Of a stretch of DNA of 64,000 bases, positions 38,408-53,481 are shown piece after piece. Positions within the stretch are counted from its first letter, which is position 1; each line of letters opens with the position of its first letter. The notes under the pieces were generated by a model that saw only the letters and a program-made list of their open reading frames with translations, was not told where the DNA came from and ran no database searches. This DNA comes from Eledone cirrhosa (lineage: Eukaryota), in NCBI GenBank assembly GCA_964016885.1, contig OZ024743.1, forward strand, positions 30,070,001-30,134,000, given 5' to 3'. The translations under genes and the position numbers were made by a program.

Positions 38408-41400
38408 TTTACATTCTACCGTAATTTCAATTAGAGTTAACAATCGATCATCTTTGGAAGAGCCAAATACACTTGAACGTGTAAAATGTTCAATAATCTA
38501 TACATGATAAATACTTTAAACGTTTGTTCTTGTATACCTACTACTTTCAAAAGCAGGGAGTTTCTTTTATTTCCTAATAATTCCTTCTTGTTGTTGATAT
38601 TTGTAGATTCAATGCTAATATATCCACAGATCCTATAGTTAAAGTTGGTCTTTATCACAGATCTTCATTTATAAAGGGTTATATCTATAATTTGAATTTA
38701 TGCTTATAGACTAACGGTACATATTCGCTTGAATTTTAATTAGAACCGTTTTAATCATATGAGATTACTGAATAGAGATAAATGTTTCGACTCCAAGTGT
38801 TATGTGAAACTTGGTAGAATAATGTATTTTAAACAAAACCCACTTCTTGTTCTACATAGAGTACAAACCTATTCCAAAAATGATCGAATAGTTTAATACC
38901 AATCTAACCGATTATAGTAAAATTATGCAAAAGTTTTACAGTCATTGTTGTCAATTTTGAAGCAGACTGGCCCAAAGAAATGTAAGAAAATGGAAGAATT
39001 TGAACTATTATCGATTTCCCAATAGTAAAGCCACGGGAAACGAATTGATCCGATAGACATGTTAAGCAAGTGATTAATTAAGCTGTCACCACGAGATGCT
39101 CTTCTACTATTGGAAGATAATGGCAAGACGAACATGCCTTGATCTTTGATGTTCTAGATAGATTTCAGTAACATGTTTTAAGAGGTTTCAAATACACTCA
39201 ACAAAAAAAAACAAACAAAAAAAAATAATAATTACGAAGCGTCAGTTCGTGGCATGCTTATGAATAGTTTCGCGGTAGAAAAAAATATCATGAGATATAG
39301 GCAGCTAATGATCATGAGAAACAGCTGGAAATTTATCCCATTATATTTCGCTTGCTAGTTCAATAAAATTGAATGGTTTTCTAAAGTATTCGAATCACAG
39401 TGACTCAGTCTACATTCTGAAAGAACTGGGGCTAATGTTCATGGCATTGCTATGTTATCTAACTGGCAAATGTTTAGATACCTTGCAATATTTCCTCATC
39501 TATAACAGCACGTTCTGTCCTTATAGTGCAATGCTTAGAATTCCAACTATAATTTTGCTAGTGCAAGAATATGCGCATACATACTCGAAACGTTCCCGAT
39601 CAATCTCTCTAATTAATGCATATTTCTTATCATATTTCACTTCAAACGATGGGTTTCGTGGTCAGTGAGTGGTGTGTATTCGGAAGTGGAGAGACGCATG
39701 AATTGTGAATACATAATGTGTCACAAGGTAAGTTATTTCTGATGAGCAGTGAACACAGCAATAGTGGTTGTAGTGCCGTAATAAGGATAGAGGGCGTTTT
39801 ATGTTGGCTACAGTTTAATGCATGTCAGTAATCAACATCACACTGATCTGCCATTGGATGCACAGGTGTGGATGTACATATTCAATATCTGTCATATTTG
39901 AGGTTTGTAGAACGTTATTATTTGTTAGGCAGTGAAGCATCTTCTCTCTCTGGATACAAGTGCTATTGTAAGAGCTATACGATTCTGATTAGATACCTTT
40001 TCAATGCGGACTAACTTGAGTTTTATCAAAAATAAACTTATACATAAAAAGCTCTGACATATGTCGATGGGTATACACACACCAGGTTATGGGTAGAGAG
40101 AAATGTGTCAGGGAAATAACGAAAATGAACTGTAACCTTGAGAAATGTAGGACCGTGTGAGTCAACTGATTGAATAACCAAAAGGGCTGCGGAAACATAG
40201 AAGAGGTAATTTTTATAGACGTAGGAGGTGCACAATATTGGTGTCCAGTGGTAAGAAAATTGCTCAGCGATAAGCATATCACTTCTGCGTAAGTGGACAT
40301 CACAAATGTAATAGCAAATGTACATAAAAAAGATATTTCAATGAAGAAGAAATCACTGATAAGCAGAGAAGTATAAAACGAAGGAACGAACACCTTTATC
40401 AATGTCTATAACAGACAGACAAAGCGTAGAAGATGACACGCTACTGCTTATAATTTTGCGTATCCTGCCGAAATGTTAGATGAAAGGTAAGACTGGGAAA
40501 GATCCTCATAATACCTCGGTCCTATATAGAAGTCGTAGCATAACATTATAATGTTATTCTACGACTTGTATATAGGATGCAATAAAAAAATGTAACTTAT
40601 ATTTTTGCTACGTTTGAAGGTCTCCATGGAATGCATACAGATGTACGTGGTTTTAAAGTCGGTGCAGATAAATCATTAGGATAGAATGGATTTTGGTTCA
40701 TAGATGTACATATCCGAGTGACAGGACAGCAAGTGGTCTCCTGATATATTGTTTTTTGTTGCTATGTTATCAGCCACACATCTAACCTGATATATTCCAT
40801 CAAGGTCATAAAAAGGAAAACACCTAACTTCCAAAGAACCGAAAGTAACTGAAAAATTATTCTATTGAGTAGCTACAAAACGAGGGATATCCAATACAAG
40901 CAATGCTGCTACATACGAATGGATGTGAAAATATATTCAAAGAATGTTCAACGTCCCACCTTGAACCATAAAATTCTACGGCAAAATTCCAAACCAGATA
41001 ATCACCTTTGCGTATTAAATTCCCTAATTTGTTCTGAAGGAATTTCTTCAAAATTCCAAATTAATAAACAGCATTTATCTAATAGAGAAGAAATCTAATT
41101 GATTAACAAGTAAGCTTTAATTTCACATTACAGGATTATTTACATATTACCCAGGATCGTAAGAAATTTGGCGTCGACTGTACATGCCAATTAGACCTTC
41201 TTGTAATCTTCAACATCACAGAAGTTTAACAATCAAGCAAATATATATTAAACCAATGATTTATGGTTTATAATTAGGCACTTCACCCCATCAACACTTA
41301 TCTATACGAAAATGTTTTCCTAAATTTGAACATTTCTCATGTAATTAGCAAAGGGAATTGCTTCATGTCTGCTGTCATTAACATTAATTAAGTTAGATTA

Positions 41401-41660
41401 GTTTAGTCAATTATTACCTACGTTGAATTTACTATATTTAGAATAATTACTATCCCTGTATATATTATACCATCTGGTTATGTTCCTTTTCGGAATTTAT
41501 TATGAATATATGGGTATTACCATTTATTGAATTAAAATGCTGATTAACTTGCTGCAGATGGCATAGCACGAAACACAAACGAGTTATAAGGATGTGGTGA
41601 TTTGACTCTGGAATTTGACTACTATGCCTATTTACAAATAGTTTACAACATTGACATAAA

Positions 41661-41842
41661 TAATTGTTTCTACTTTTGGCACAAGGCCAGCAATTACCCA
41701 GTGTATTACTGGTACTTTATTTTATCGACCCCGTGAGGATGAAAGGCAAAGTCAACCTCGGCGGGATTTGAACTCAGATCGTAAAGGGACGTAACTATGC
41801 TGGAAAGCATGGCGTCCGACCCTCTACCGATACTGCCAATCC
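41661..41842 (-). mobile_element. tRNA-derived SINE (Meta/MESC-like central domain)
   Basis: Minus strand: ggattggcagtatcggtaga (A box), gagttcaaatccc (B box), gactttgcctttcatcc..ggggtcgataaaataaagtaccag; TSD ataaataat. Confidence 0.85.
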
Positions 41843-44488
41843 AATAAATAATAACATTACATGAAACTGAACATTATCATTTTCATTTTGAACTGCTTTG
41901 AAATAAAATACATTTTTGCTTAGCTAAGTTAAATTCACTAAATCTGTGAGATATTGATATGAAATGAGAAAGTTATAAACTTGAGTAGTCTGTAAAAGAG
42001 CATACACTTGATAAACATATTTCAGGTACATTTCTGCTAATGACAGAATGATATTCCTCGTCATTGCAAATATATCATTTTCAGATAAATATTAGATTTT
42101 TTTCCTTAGAACTAACGACTGTTAACGGAAATGTTGCATTTTGGTTAGAATGCTACGTAAACCATCTGTTTTAGTAGACGTTGAGTGTAATTAAATATTA
42201 CGTAGACATTGGGTGCAGTTATTGAATGTAAATATTTCAGTGTCAGTTGAGTGCATATATAAAGTCAGTAAATATTTATTTTAGACTGAGATTCCATAGA
42301 TACCGTTGCTGTTATTTACTTCCAAGTCAGTCTTGATCTAGCAGTCCTACGAAAAAAGAACAAAGATTGCCTTCACTATGCCGGTAATTCTTATATCTAT
42401 GACCATATTTTGAATTCCTTTTCAAAGAGTTAGCATGTGATTGGAGAGAGATTTGACTACTATTTCTTATTCCTCGGCATTCACGTCCATGTTCTTAGAT
42501 TATTGTCTAGATAATTTATGTCAACATATATATCTTTATTGTGCTGTGTCATTTGTTTTGTTATTTACTTTTACTTTTTATACATATGTATATATATATA
42601 TATATATATGTATACATATGTATATATATATATGTATACATATGTATATATATGTATATATATATGTAAATATATATATATGTGTGTGTGTATGTGTGTG
42701 TGTTTTTTATGATTAAATATACATATATTGCTTAAAGGCGTACACAAATTATTCCTTTCTAATATAGTGGCATATGTAGCAGATTTATAGCAGGGCAACA
42801 TTGATTAAATTGATGCGAAGTCTGGAGTGATACATTCCATTGTTCATCTATATTCAACTACTGTCGGAGAGAGAGAGAGCATCGGTTCTGAGGATGTAAT
42901 ATACAATGAACTAATGTATTAGCCAGGATTAATGAAGTTTAATTACTTTCCAGTAACAAAATATAAACTTCAGAATGTACCGCAGATGTTACTATTATAT
43001 GATATGAGATTTAAATAGCAAATATATTTGAAAAATTGTTTTTATTTCGTATCCATGCAATGTATTTCATTATTTTACCAAATTGTCTCTATTTTACATT
43101 AACCCGTAGCATGCTGTATTGAGAAAATAGTGTATTTGTATATATTTACGTCATGTTATTTGTATCATCCATTTTGGTTTCATAATTAACTGAATTAACG
43201 TTGGGATGAAACAATATTCAAAGCTATTTTGTGGCGAAATGTCACATAGGAAATAGTATTCAGTAGGATTATTCATAGCCTGTAGACTGCTCATTGTAGA
43301 CTGACATAAGTGGTGTACTTAATGTTTAGTTTAAATTACTCTAGCTTGGTGTTTAAGGAAAGGTCAGACTTCGAAAGATTTCTTGTGTGTTGAGAGTAGT
43401 TATTCAGTTAATTGTTAATTACTGCGACTATAACTGAAACGATAAAGATGATACTACACGAATATATAGATGCTCGTATTATAAGTTTAGATTATGTTGG
43501 TAAGAGATTTCGGGTTAGTTTATCGATTAGTCAAGAGCTTACCACCCAGACACTAAGTAGCCGGAATAAATAACATAATATATTTAATCCGATGCTCAAA
43601 GGCGTCTGTCTACCAATTAGTAGAGAATTGATTGTGCTAACATCCCAAACAAACAAAGCCAGAATGTGTGTAAGTAATGATGATCTTAATTTGTTTTCTT
43701 AGTGACCAGTTTTTGGTAATTTATTTGTAATAGATTACATGACAGAAGGCAAATGCATTTGTATGTTGTCTATGCCATTGTAAACTGGATTTAAAAAAAG
43801 TATGTAATTATCAATGAAATGGATGCGATTCAACATAATTAGAATTCATTTCACATTAGCGGCGATAAGTAAACGCAACTCTAATAACAAGAAAAGCATA
43901 AGCATTCGTAAACTCTGAATTACACTCTGATACATACACACTCATGTTTATACAATGGCATGGCATAAATGTAGAAATACAAATAGAGGTCTATCTAGAG
44001 GATTCCTTTTGAGTACAAAAATTCTATTTAGAGGACACGAAACCAAAATGCGTGACTGTCATTCATTCACATAGTAAAAGAAAAATAGCTCTCAACGAAA
44101 ATTAAATCCACGCTTCCGGCATTTCACAAAGACAGCTCTCTTCTTACGCTATGTCGTTCTGTGGGGTAATTTGACAATATATTGGTTTTCTGGAAATTCA
44201 TTCTAACAGTGGAATAATTACCTTTAGGCAATTTCCTTGTGTACTATTACTAGTCAAGATTTATAATACAAGGGTTGATTCTAATTTCACACGGTAGACT
44301 CAATGTCATGGATTATGTTTTTCTAAGCTTCTGTCTTATGTGTTTTCCATTTTGTCAAAATAAAACTCTCTGAATATAGCTAAGTCACATGCCAGTTTTT
44401 TCAGTCCATCAATATTTTCAATAATTTTCTCTCTATTCTTCCCCTCCTCCTCACACACACACACTCTCTCTCTCTACACACACACTCA

Positions 44489-44536
<48 letters not shown>

Positions 44537-47500
44537 TAGAGAGAACGAGAAAAAAGAAGGAACAGAGAGACAGAGTAAGAGAGAAATAGATAGACGGATA
44601 GTGAGATAAACAAATATATGGTTTGGTCATAGATTCTGATAAGTTGTGTTATATGTTTTTTATGAAATTATGAATGTGCGCGTAAGGAAAGCAAGAATAT
44701 CCATTCGGTAAATCAAAATAGATTCTTTGAAACTACAGGATAGGATGTATATGTATTATAATAAAAGCCATATTTTTGGATTATTAAATCAAAACTTCGG
44801 CAAGATTTTGGCTGTATTTCCTTTGAATGTATATCTATTCATTGGATGTTATCCTTAATAAAGAAAGAAGTTAACACATTTCGAATTTAGTCACAGCATT
44901 ATCACAATGTAAGACATGCCATATGTAAAGCACACTATTGATGTCCTAATATAAATGGGATATACTACAAAATATGATTTGCAATGTGAAATAAGTTTTA
45001 TTTATTCAGCTGTTCTTTAAACGTCTTACTTTTACGTTTTTTTTATATATCCGTAATTATAGGTACGGAAATAATTCTATGAGTTGTAATAAAACACTTA
45101 CGTGTCCCTTTGATTTCGAATAAGTTATGAGAAAAATATTTCGTGGTTTCTTTTCTCCAGATTAGTAATCAATTATTGCTGGCGTGATGTAATAGGATCG
45201 ATATCTAAATAAATGAAAGAAGTATCTACAGGAAGGGAAAACATACTACAGATAAAACAAAATAAATAGTAAATATTGCTATCGGAACTCACAGCATCTG
45301 GTCTCAGCCAACGAATATTTTATCTCCTGCAAACAAAGCCGCCGTTTGCTATTATTTAGTGTCAAGTAGAAGTTCTGGCTTCGTGCCAATCTGTACCTGA
45401 GTTGGGCTGAGAAGAAAAGCTTAACAGGAAAATCTATGACAAGATTTGATTGTTGCTATAGAAAATTTATTACTTGGCAATTCCCTACGTTCTGAAAACT
45501 TGTTATTTTGTTTTACTACAATCTTTGCCATGAGAACTCTTTAACTTTGCAAGACATATATATGAGAAACATTTGGACATTTGTGTTAATTGTTGATACA
45601 ATCATCACTCGGAAACCAATAGCTATATTATGAAGTGAAGATATTTGTTAAATGGATGATTATAAGGTATAGGTCAATTAAAGTAGTTATTTTCTACTAG
45701 AAATTGTTATTCTACCGCGGTAATGGGCATCGTAATCAGAGAGAGAACATTTTCAGTTAATATATATTTATTTGAAGGATGTAGGAGTATAAACTATATT
45801 GGACAATCTAATTCTGGGGTCGTCGACCTGCGTAACATTAAAGAGGCAAGATCTTACTGAAAGACTTATGCATAGTTAAATAGAGATTTGCTGCTGTAAT
45901 ATATGCTATCAATCGGTGGTTAACACTGTTGACATATCTCATGCTATAAAACAAATATGTTCGACGTTGACTGTCTTAAACTTCATATATATATATTACA
46001 ATATATTGGACATGATAATCCTCTAAGTACTGTAATTTAGTAATCAGTGGTTGGGAAACTCATGGTAATGCTGTGGCAGCTAGGATGTTGATTGCGATAA
46101 TAGTAAATAAAGAGAGGAATTGGGAGTAATTGTATAGACATTCTAGTAAAAATATAGATAGAGGTGGTTATATCACCAACAATACCATGTCTACCTTCAC
46201 AGATGTTAAAATATACATTCTTTTACTTTTTATTAATATATATATGTGCATTATATGGTCTAAGGTTACATTCTAAATCATGTACATTTAGCTTGAATTA
46301 TGCCTACATTCATAAAATAACATGAACCACATATCTTAAATTGCCTTCAGTAACTAAGTTGTTTTCTTTATAAAGAGAAAAACATTTGAAATAAGCACTC
46401 AAATATATCTAACTCAATTTACGTTCGATTCCGTCATTACCATCCTATCACATTCTCTCGAAGACTGTCCCGTGTTCACGCCTGGGTGTTATAATCTTTC
46501 ATTTGCATTTCTATATGGATACATCATATATCCTCTGAGAATCCTAATAGAGTTGTATATATCCATCGACTACACACTTTGATTCACATTATAAGATATA
46601 CTAGGAACCAAAATATGTATGTGGCTATTAGCATACAAGATCCTGGCTGATTTTTTAATGTATCTCTTCCATTTCTTTCACATTTAGAATAGTACCTATC
46701 ATCCTTCTATTCAGTATTAAACTAACTGCCAAAAATATCAATGTATGTATTGCAGTTGTCTTTACCGTCTCAATAACAACATATGTTATATTCTTGTCAT
46801 CCTCATGTAATTGCATACTATTCAATTAAGTTTCCTCTCGATATACACTATTTTTCCATTTCAACATTGATATAACATGAAATACTCTTTACGGTAGTCC
46901 ACAGATTTATTTATGTTCATGATTCTGTGGATTTAATCATTGTCTTTGACTGTAAATGTGTCATTATAGCTTTCAAAATGAAATAGAAAATATGTACCAT
47001 AACTAAATCTTTGGAGCGATTTATAAATCAATTAGAATATTTCTGCAAGCCAGATACATTATTACATAAAGTATCTTTTACAACATTGAAATGAACATGG
47101 TAATTAAAAGTTTCTTAAACTCACCACCATACAGTAAAATCATCAATCCTGTTCTAATAATCCATAAATATAAATTACAAATATGATAAATAAATAACTA
47201 GCTATATAAACAGGAAATAATTCAATATTAATTAAAATACCATTTTCTGGCATGTGACAGAAAATTAAAAACATATGAAGTTTGAAATGTTTTTCTGAGT
47301 TTCATCTTCAGATTTAAAATATTCTTATTTTTTTATTTCTGAACATTTTTTTTCGTTTCTCGAGATATTGATGCTGAACATCGTGTGTTGGCTACAACGA
47401 CTGCGACAGCTATTTTAATTACCAGAAAAGTTGTAATGTCTATCTTAGTTTCGATGATTTGCGTATTGTTTTACATTGACATTAACGATCAGAAAATGTG

Positions 47501-48242
47501 AGAATAAAATTTCAACAAACATATGGTAAATTTGGCATGTGATATTAGTAATATCAATTGCTATAACATAAGAATGACAGTCTTAATTGGCAAGGAGATA
47601 GTTATATGACAAGTAGAAAATAAGGAAGACTAAAAGGAAAACGCGAAGAAAATCGTGGTAAAGTTTTTGATAATTTGTGAAAACTATAAAGCTACATAGA
47701 CATCTAACACATCTGAACAAACATATACATATGCACATCCATACATTTATATGTATATGTATGAATAAACACACACATACACACACCAATACATACCCAC
47801 ACCCAACCACATATGAGGCACGGGCCACGATCCTATTCGCTACCACCCATCTTTCTCTACATCTCCTTGCATCTATTTCTTCGTGTATGAATATGTGCGC
47901 AGAATTTCATATACATACTTGTACACCCCTCTGCGTTGGTCAGTTCATGTGCACGCTTACAATTCCATTACGCCTATTCTTTACACCTTCACATAGACAA
48001 ACGAACCAACCACACATACACACACAAACACACACACAAGCACGCAAGTACGCACACACATGTCCCCTCAAAATTTGCAAGGAAGATCTCCTTCTTTAAA
48101 TATCTCTAATACCTAAGATACCCACTGACCAGTATTTCCCCGACATATCTGCCTGAATACAAGTGTGCTTTTTCTCAGAATTTTCTTCCCGTCAATTCCT
48201 CTTTTCACTCTCTATCTTACTACTTCTCATTCTCGTCTTATG

Positions 48243-48312
48243 AAGGACTAGTGTCCGCAATGAAAAGATATATATATATATATATATCTTTTTATTGCGG
48301 ACACTAGTCCTT
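48243..48312. repeat. Short palindrome centred on (TA)n with decayed HHR-like core
   Basis: aaggactagtgtccgcaat..aaagata / tatctttttattgcggacactagtcctt. Confidence 0.6.
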
Positions 48313-48480
48313 TATATATATATATACATCATGTATATCGATTAAGTTACTCAACAAAAGAAGCCCAATGAATATATAGAGTTCAGCATAATTTACACAA
48401 ATTCAAACGATATACAAAACATTCTCAATCATCTATCTAGTTGAGAAATAACTAGTATCATTACATATATATAATGATAA

Positions 48481-48653
48481 TAATTGGTTCTACATTTAGC
48501 ACAAGGCCAGCAATTATCCCAGTGTATTACCAGTACTTTATTTTAAGATGAAAGGCAAAGTTAACCTCGGCGGGATTTGAACTCAGACCGTAAAGGGCCA
48601 TAACTCTTTGCTGAAAAGCAAGGCATCCGACCCTCTACCGATACTGCCAATCC
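48481..48653 (-). mobile_element. tRNA-derived SINE, same family
   Basis: Homologous to 41661-41842 with a small internal deletion; TSD gataataat. Confidence 0.85.
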
Positions 48654-48767
48654 GATAATAATCTAAACTATAATAAAGGAAGGTCTGCGGGATTGCGTAC
48701 GGTTTATTTTTATTTTTATCCCGTTTGTAAAATAAGTTGGATTACTTTGAATAATTATTCAATTATA

Positions 48768-50484
48768 CACCCTGTAACATATTTTTGTTCCCCTGTTCTA
48801 AGTGTCATTTCATGGTTTGTTATATCCAATTATTATTAAAAAAACACACTATTATTTAATAAGTTTGGGTTTGTGGTCAGGAGTTGTATATTTCGAAATG
48901 TTCATATTTTTCAAGAAAAAACACATTTTTTTAAAATTTATCAGTTCAAATAATTAAATCAATGGAGTATATATTTACACAAGCTTATCAAAAGCAAACA
49001 AGTAAAAACAAATAACACTTCTAAAGCAACTTATACACGTCAGAAATTACTGGATTTCCTGGATTTGTGGTTGTAGTCCAGGTCGCATTCCCGCACTAGT
49101 CCCCAAATATAGTCCCCCATCAATTTTTCATTGTAGTGGCCCTGGTACTTCCGCTCTATCTCTTTCACATCTTGGTCGAATCGTTCGCCTTATTCTTCTG
49201 AGTAGGCGCCCGTATTATCCTTGAATATTTCCAGGTGAGCGTCCGGCATATGGAGTTTAAGCGACATCCTGCATCCCATGGCGCCAAAAGCCTTTATCAG
49301 ATCCTGCAACCAGTTGCTGGTAGTTTTCAGCTCTGTGGTTGCCCAGGATGCCCTTAACAACTGCCTTGAAACAGTTCCATGCTGTTCTCTCAATCCTATT
49401 GAGCTTATTGGAGAACACGGTAGACTCAAAGATCTTCTTTATCTGAGGTCCAACAAAAATTCCACCTTTTATTTTGGCCTCAGATAACTTGGGGAAGAAC
49501 TCAAGAAGGTACTTAAAAGCGGCTGATTCTTGGTTGAGAGCCTTCATAAACTGCTTCATCAACCACAACTTAATGTGAGGTGGCGGCAGCAGCACAATCC
49601 TGGGATCAACCAGTGGCTCCCACATGACGTTCCGGGTCCCAACTACAAATTATGTTCGCTGCTCCCAGTTCTTTCTTTTGTAGTGGTCAGAGGTGGCTCT
49701 GCTGTCCTTAAGGCATAGGAAGCATTGGAATTTGATAAAGCCTCCTTGGAGTCCAAGCAGGAAAGTCATCATCATGAAGTCTTCAATGATTTCCCAATTG
49801 TACTGGTTGTATTGCAGAGCTGCCAAGAGGACTTTCACACTGTAGTAATCTTCCTTCAGGCAGACTGAATGAGCTAGGGGCAGTGTCGGTAACTTGTTTC
49901 CATTGTGGAGGAGGACAACCTTCAAACATGTGGTGGAGCTGTCTATAAATAGCCGCAACTCCTTGGGCACAAGCGGCACCCCAATAACGTCAAACAGTCC
50001 AGGCACGTCATGGCAGAAGCAAAGGCTATCCGTAAGAGTGTAAAAGCCTGAGAAACGTTCGTCTCGACTTCTCTGACTTGTCACCTGCACTTCCTCCTTG
50101 ACCAAGTTTCACTGTTTCATCCTGGAGACGATGCTTAAAACAAAACTTACCCTTTATTCAGGGTGCGAGAATCCAGTATCAATAAATCTCTTTAATCCAA
50201 TTTTTAACAATTTTATACTTTATTGCACTTTTATAATTTCTTTATTTTATAATGTTAATCTAACCAGAACATATTAAAAAAATCATTTAACGTAAGCAAA
50301 TTAAACTTACACACAACGTATAATCCAGCATACAAATAATTCTAGTGAATAGCTTAGAATTTTTACAAACCCAAACTGTTAACTGTTTAATAGCCCTTTT
50401 TTTTTAGTTATTTGGGACCTAAGTAACACAAAAAAGGGATTACAAGCCAGGAACAGAGAACACATTTTTCTTTGTTACACAATG
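48768..50484 (-). mobile_element. Chapaev3-like (CMC) DNA transposon relic with internally deleted transposase pseudogene (~49040-50130)
   Basis: Motifs RLFIDSS..LKVVLLHNGN, GLQGG..K..CFLC..DSR, PPPHIKLWLMKQFMKAL, MSLKLH..AHL, SEE; imperfect TIRs caccctgtaaca / tgttacacaatg. Family assignment is from remembered motifs. Confidence 0.65.
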
Positions 50485-50597
50485 TAAATAATGAATGAAT
50501 ATTACATAATTTATCTACTAAATTTCGTAAACAAAAATAATTTCGTAAAAATAAATAATTTAAAATTGACTTCCTTTCGCCACCACCACCACTTCAA

Positions 50598-50828
50598 CTA
50601 CCATATATATAGAAAGAGTGAGTGTGTGATGTCAACACTTCCGGTGTGGATTACATTATTGATTACATAAGAGAGTGTAACGCAGTCTTCATTCAATTTC
50701 TGTGTATATTGTCAATTACGATTTTATTTGATGTATCATATTTACAGGAATATATACTTGCATATAATATCAATATACACACAACACATGCTGGCAGAAA
50801 ACCACCGTTAGGGTGGTTTTTCTGCTAG
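50598..50828 (+). mobile_element. Short non-autonomous Helitron-like element
   Basis: Subterminal hairpin cagaaaaccacc/ggtggtttttctg followed by CTAG|T; TA-rich 5' end. Confidence 0.55.
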
Positions 50829-50836
50829 TAATATAT

Positions 50837-50928
50837 AATTGTTTCTACGTTTGGCACAAGGCCAGCACATACCCAGTGCATTACTGGTACTTTATTTTAT
50901 CGACCCTGTAAGGATGAAAGGCAAAGTT
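50837..50928 (-). mobile_element. 5'-truncated SINE
   Basis: Same family; flanking direct repeat tagtaatatataat. Confidence 0.75.
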
Positions 50929-52187
50929 AGTAATATATAATAATACATACGTTTCTTAAGAAACCAATAATAATTTCTCTCCAACTTTCAAGTTTTTTTC
51001 TTTTATTTCGATTTCTTTTGAAATGAATTAATAGATTTCCTTCACGAATGATTAACAGATATTATGGATTCTCATTGCAATATACTGTCATTCATACCAT
51101 GTTCAATGAAATTATCTTGTGATATCGGAAACATTTGGGAAATTACTATTTATACTTTGCCTTTAATTAAATGGGTATATTAGCTGTTTCAACCAGACTT
51201 AGAGTCTCTAGCACAAATCTTTCCCAGCAGTTTCAAGTGGAATTATATTATGTAATACAATCTTACATAAACATGTTAAGCCCCCCCCCCCCCCCCCCGA
51301 AAAAACATAGTAATCACAAGTAGTAAACATTTGTTCAACCTTCTATCATACAGCGGAGTAAACCAACATAACAAACATTTCCAACAGGGTTGGTTGTACT
51401 TATTTTCTGTTAATAGGACTGCAGATATTAAAACAAAAATTATTTTACCGTGAACACACAGCAATGCTGTTCATAACATACAAAATCTGTAGCGCTCAAA
51501 TAAGACTGAAGCACTCTACTAAGTTCATTAGGTAAACAAATGTATAACATAAATTACCTGTAAAGTGGCAGATACTTAAGAGGGTTTAGAAATAGTATTT
51601 TCAGAATATACTTAGTTCCCATCCATCACGATTTCTTAACACAAATTATCTGTATGCACCGTTCTTATAGAGAATACAACAATATGTAGTTTTGTTTTCT
51701 CAGTTAAGTTCCCTCTTTAGAAATTCTATGCATCTATGCTACATAATATTTTTTCAAGTAATTATTCTCGGATTGAAATGTTGCAGCTTTCTTTGTAAGT
51801 GCTTCTCATGAGTAAGATCATGCTGAGCCAAAAAGGGAATGGGAGGTATGAAAGATTTTCAGAAGAATAAATAGACTTCCGGAAATGTATATGAAGGTAT
51901 AGTAGATATATAGCATAATGCAAAGTAATATATATATATATATGTATATAAAGATAAGTGTTTAGCATATATATATATATGAATAAACAATTAAGTTAAA
52001 AATGTACATCTACATATGCATACTGAAATACTAGTGTGTATATGAATACACACACGTATACATATGTAGGTGTAACAAGTCTTTCACTGGTTGCTTTACT
52101 GTGAGCAACCCAGCTATTCTGTATGTAAACACACAGACAAACCGGTTTTTAGAGTCATACTGGTTTTCGGGGAAACACCTTCCCTCT

Positions 52188-52283
52188 ATTGTCCAGAAAG
52201 CCAGACAAGGAATATTGAACTAGTTTCGTTGTTGTTACAACTCATCAGCAATATTTACCTATCTACCGGCCCTTCTGGAGAAT
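52188..52283 (-). ncRNA. Type I hammerhead ribozyme (family K)
   Basis: Reverse complement of 53015-53110; TCATCAG at 52242-52248. Confidence 0.85.
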
Positions 52284-52654
52284 TGTAAAAGCACATATCG
52301 TTATATGCCTTTTCTATGAAAATTAGTAGTGGGCAGACCAATTTGCATAGAGTGTGAGTACGCACCGGTTCAGCGGAGACGATAAAAACAAATAACGAAA
52401 CGAAATTAAATTTCGTTTCGTTTGTAACTCACTTTTGTATGACTGACGCTTAAACAATTAAGTTAAAAATGTACATCTACATATGCATACTGAAATACTA
52501 GTGTGTATATGAATACACACACGTATACATATGTAGGTGTAACAAGTCTTTCACTGGTTGCTTTACTGTGAGCAACCCAGCTATTCTGTATGTAAACACA
52601 CAGACAAACCGGTTTTTAGAGTCATAGTGGTTTTCGGGGGAACACCTTCCCTCT

Positions 52655-52750
52655 ATTCTCCAGAAAGCCAGACAAGGAATATTGAACTAGTTTCGTTGTT
52701 GTTACAACTCATCAGCAATATTTACCTATCTACCGGCCCTTCTGGAGAAT
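52655..52750 (-). ncRNA. Type I hammerhead ribozyme (family K)
   Basis: TCATCAG at 52709-52715. Confidence 0.85.
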
Positions 52751-53014
52751 TGTAAAAGCACATATCGTTATATGCCTTTTCTATGAAAATTAGTAGTGGG
52801 CAGACCAATTTGCAGAACAATTTGCAGAACAATTTGCAAATTGTTTAAGCGTCAGTCATACAAAAGTGAGTTACAATCGAAACGAAATTTAATTTCGTTT
52901 CGTTATTTGTTTTTATCGTCTCCGCTGAACCGGTGCGTACTCACACTCTATGCAAATTGGTCTGCCCACTACTAATTTTCATAGAAAAGGCATATAACGA
53001 TATGTGCTTTTACA

Positions 53015-53110
53015 ATTCTCCAGAAGGGCCGGTAGATAGGTAAATATTGCTGATGAGTTGTAACAACAACGAAACTAGTTCAATATTCCTTGTCTGGCTT
53101 TCTGGAGAAT
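53015..53110 (+). ncRNA. Type I hammerhead ribozyme (family K)
   Basis: aatattg-CTGATGA-gttg-taacaa-caac-GAAAC-TA-GTT|caatatt; stem I extends through attctccagaagggcc/ggctttctggagaat; predicted cleavage after 53080. Confidence 0.88.
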
Positions 53111-53481
53111 AGAGGGAAGGTGTTCCCCCGAAAACCACTATGACTCTAAAAACCGGTTTGTCTGTGTGTTTACATACAGAATAACTGGGTTGCTCACAGT
53201 AAAGCAACCAGTGAAAGACTTGTTACACCTACATATGTATACGTGTGTGTATTCATATACACAATAGTATTTCAGTATGCATATGTAGATGTACATTTTT
53301 AACTTAATTGTTTAAGCGTCAGTCATACAAAAGTGAGTTACAAACGAAACGAATTTTAATTTCGTTTCGTTATTTGTTTTTATCGTCTCCGTTGAAACGG
53401 TGCGTACTCACAGTCTATGCAAATTGGTCTGCCCACTACTAATTTTCATAGAAAAGGCATATAACGATATGTGCTTTTACA

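Noticed and set aside
38920-39550. Possible very old LINE RT remnant
   Set aside because: Only faint motif resemblance across frames; needs BLASTx.
41760-41842. tRNA gene
   Set aside because: The A and B boxes belong to a SINE head; no complete cloverleaf.
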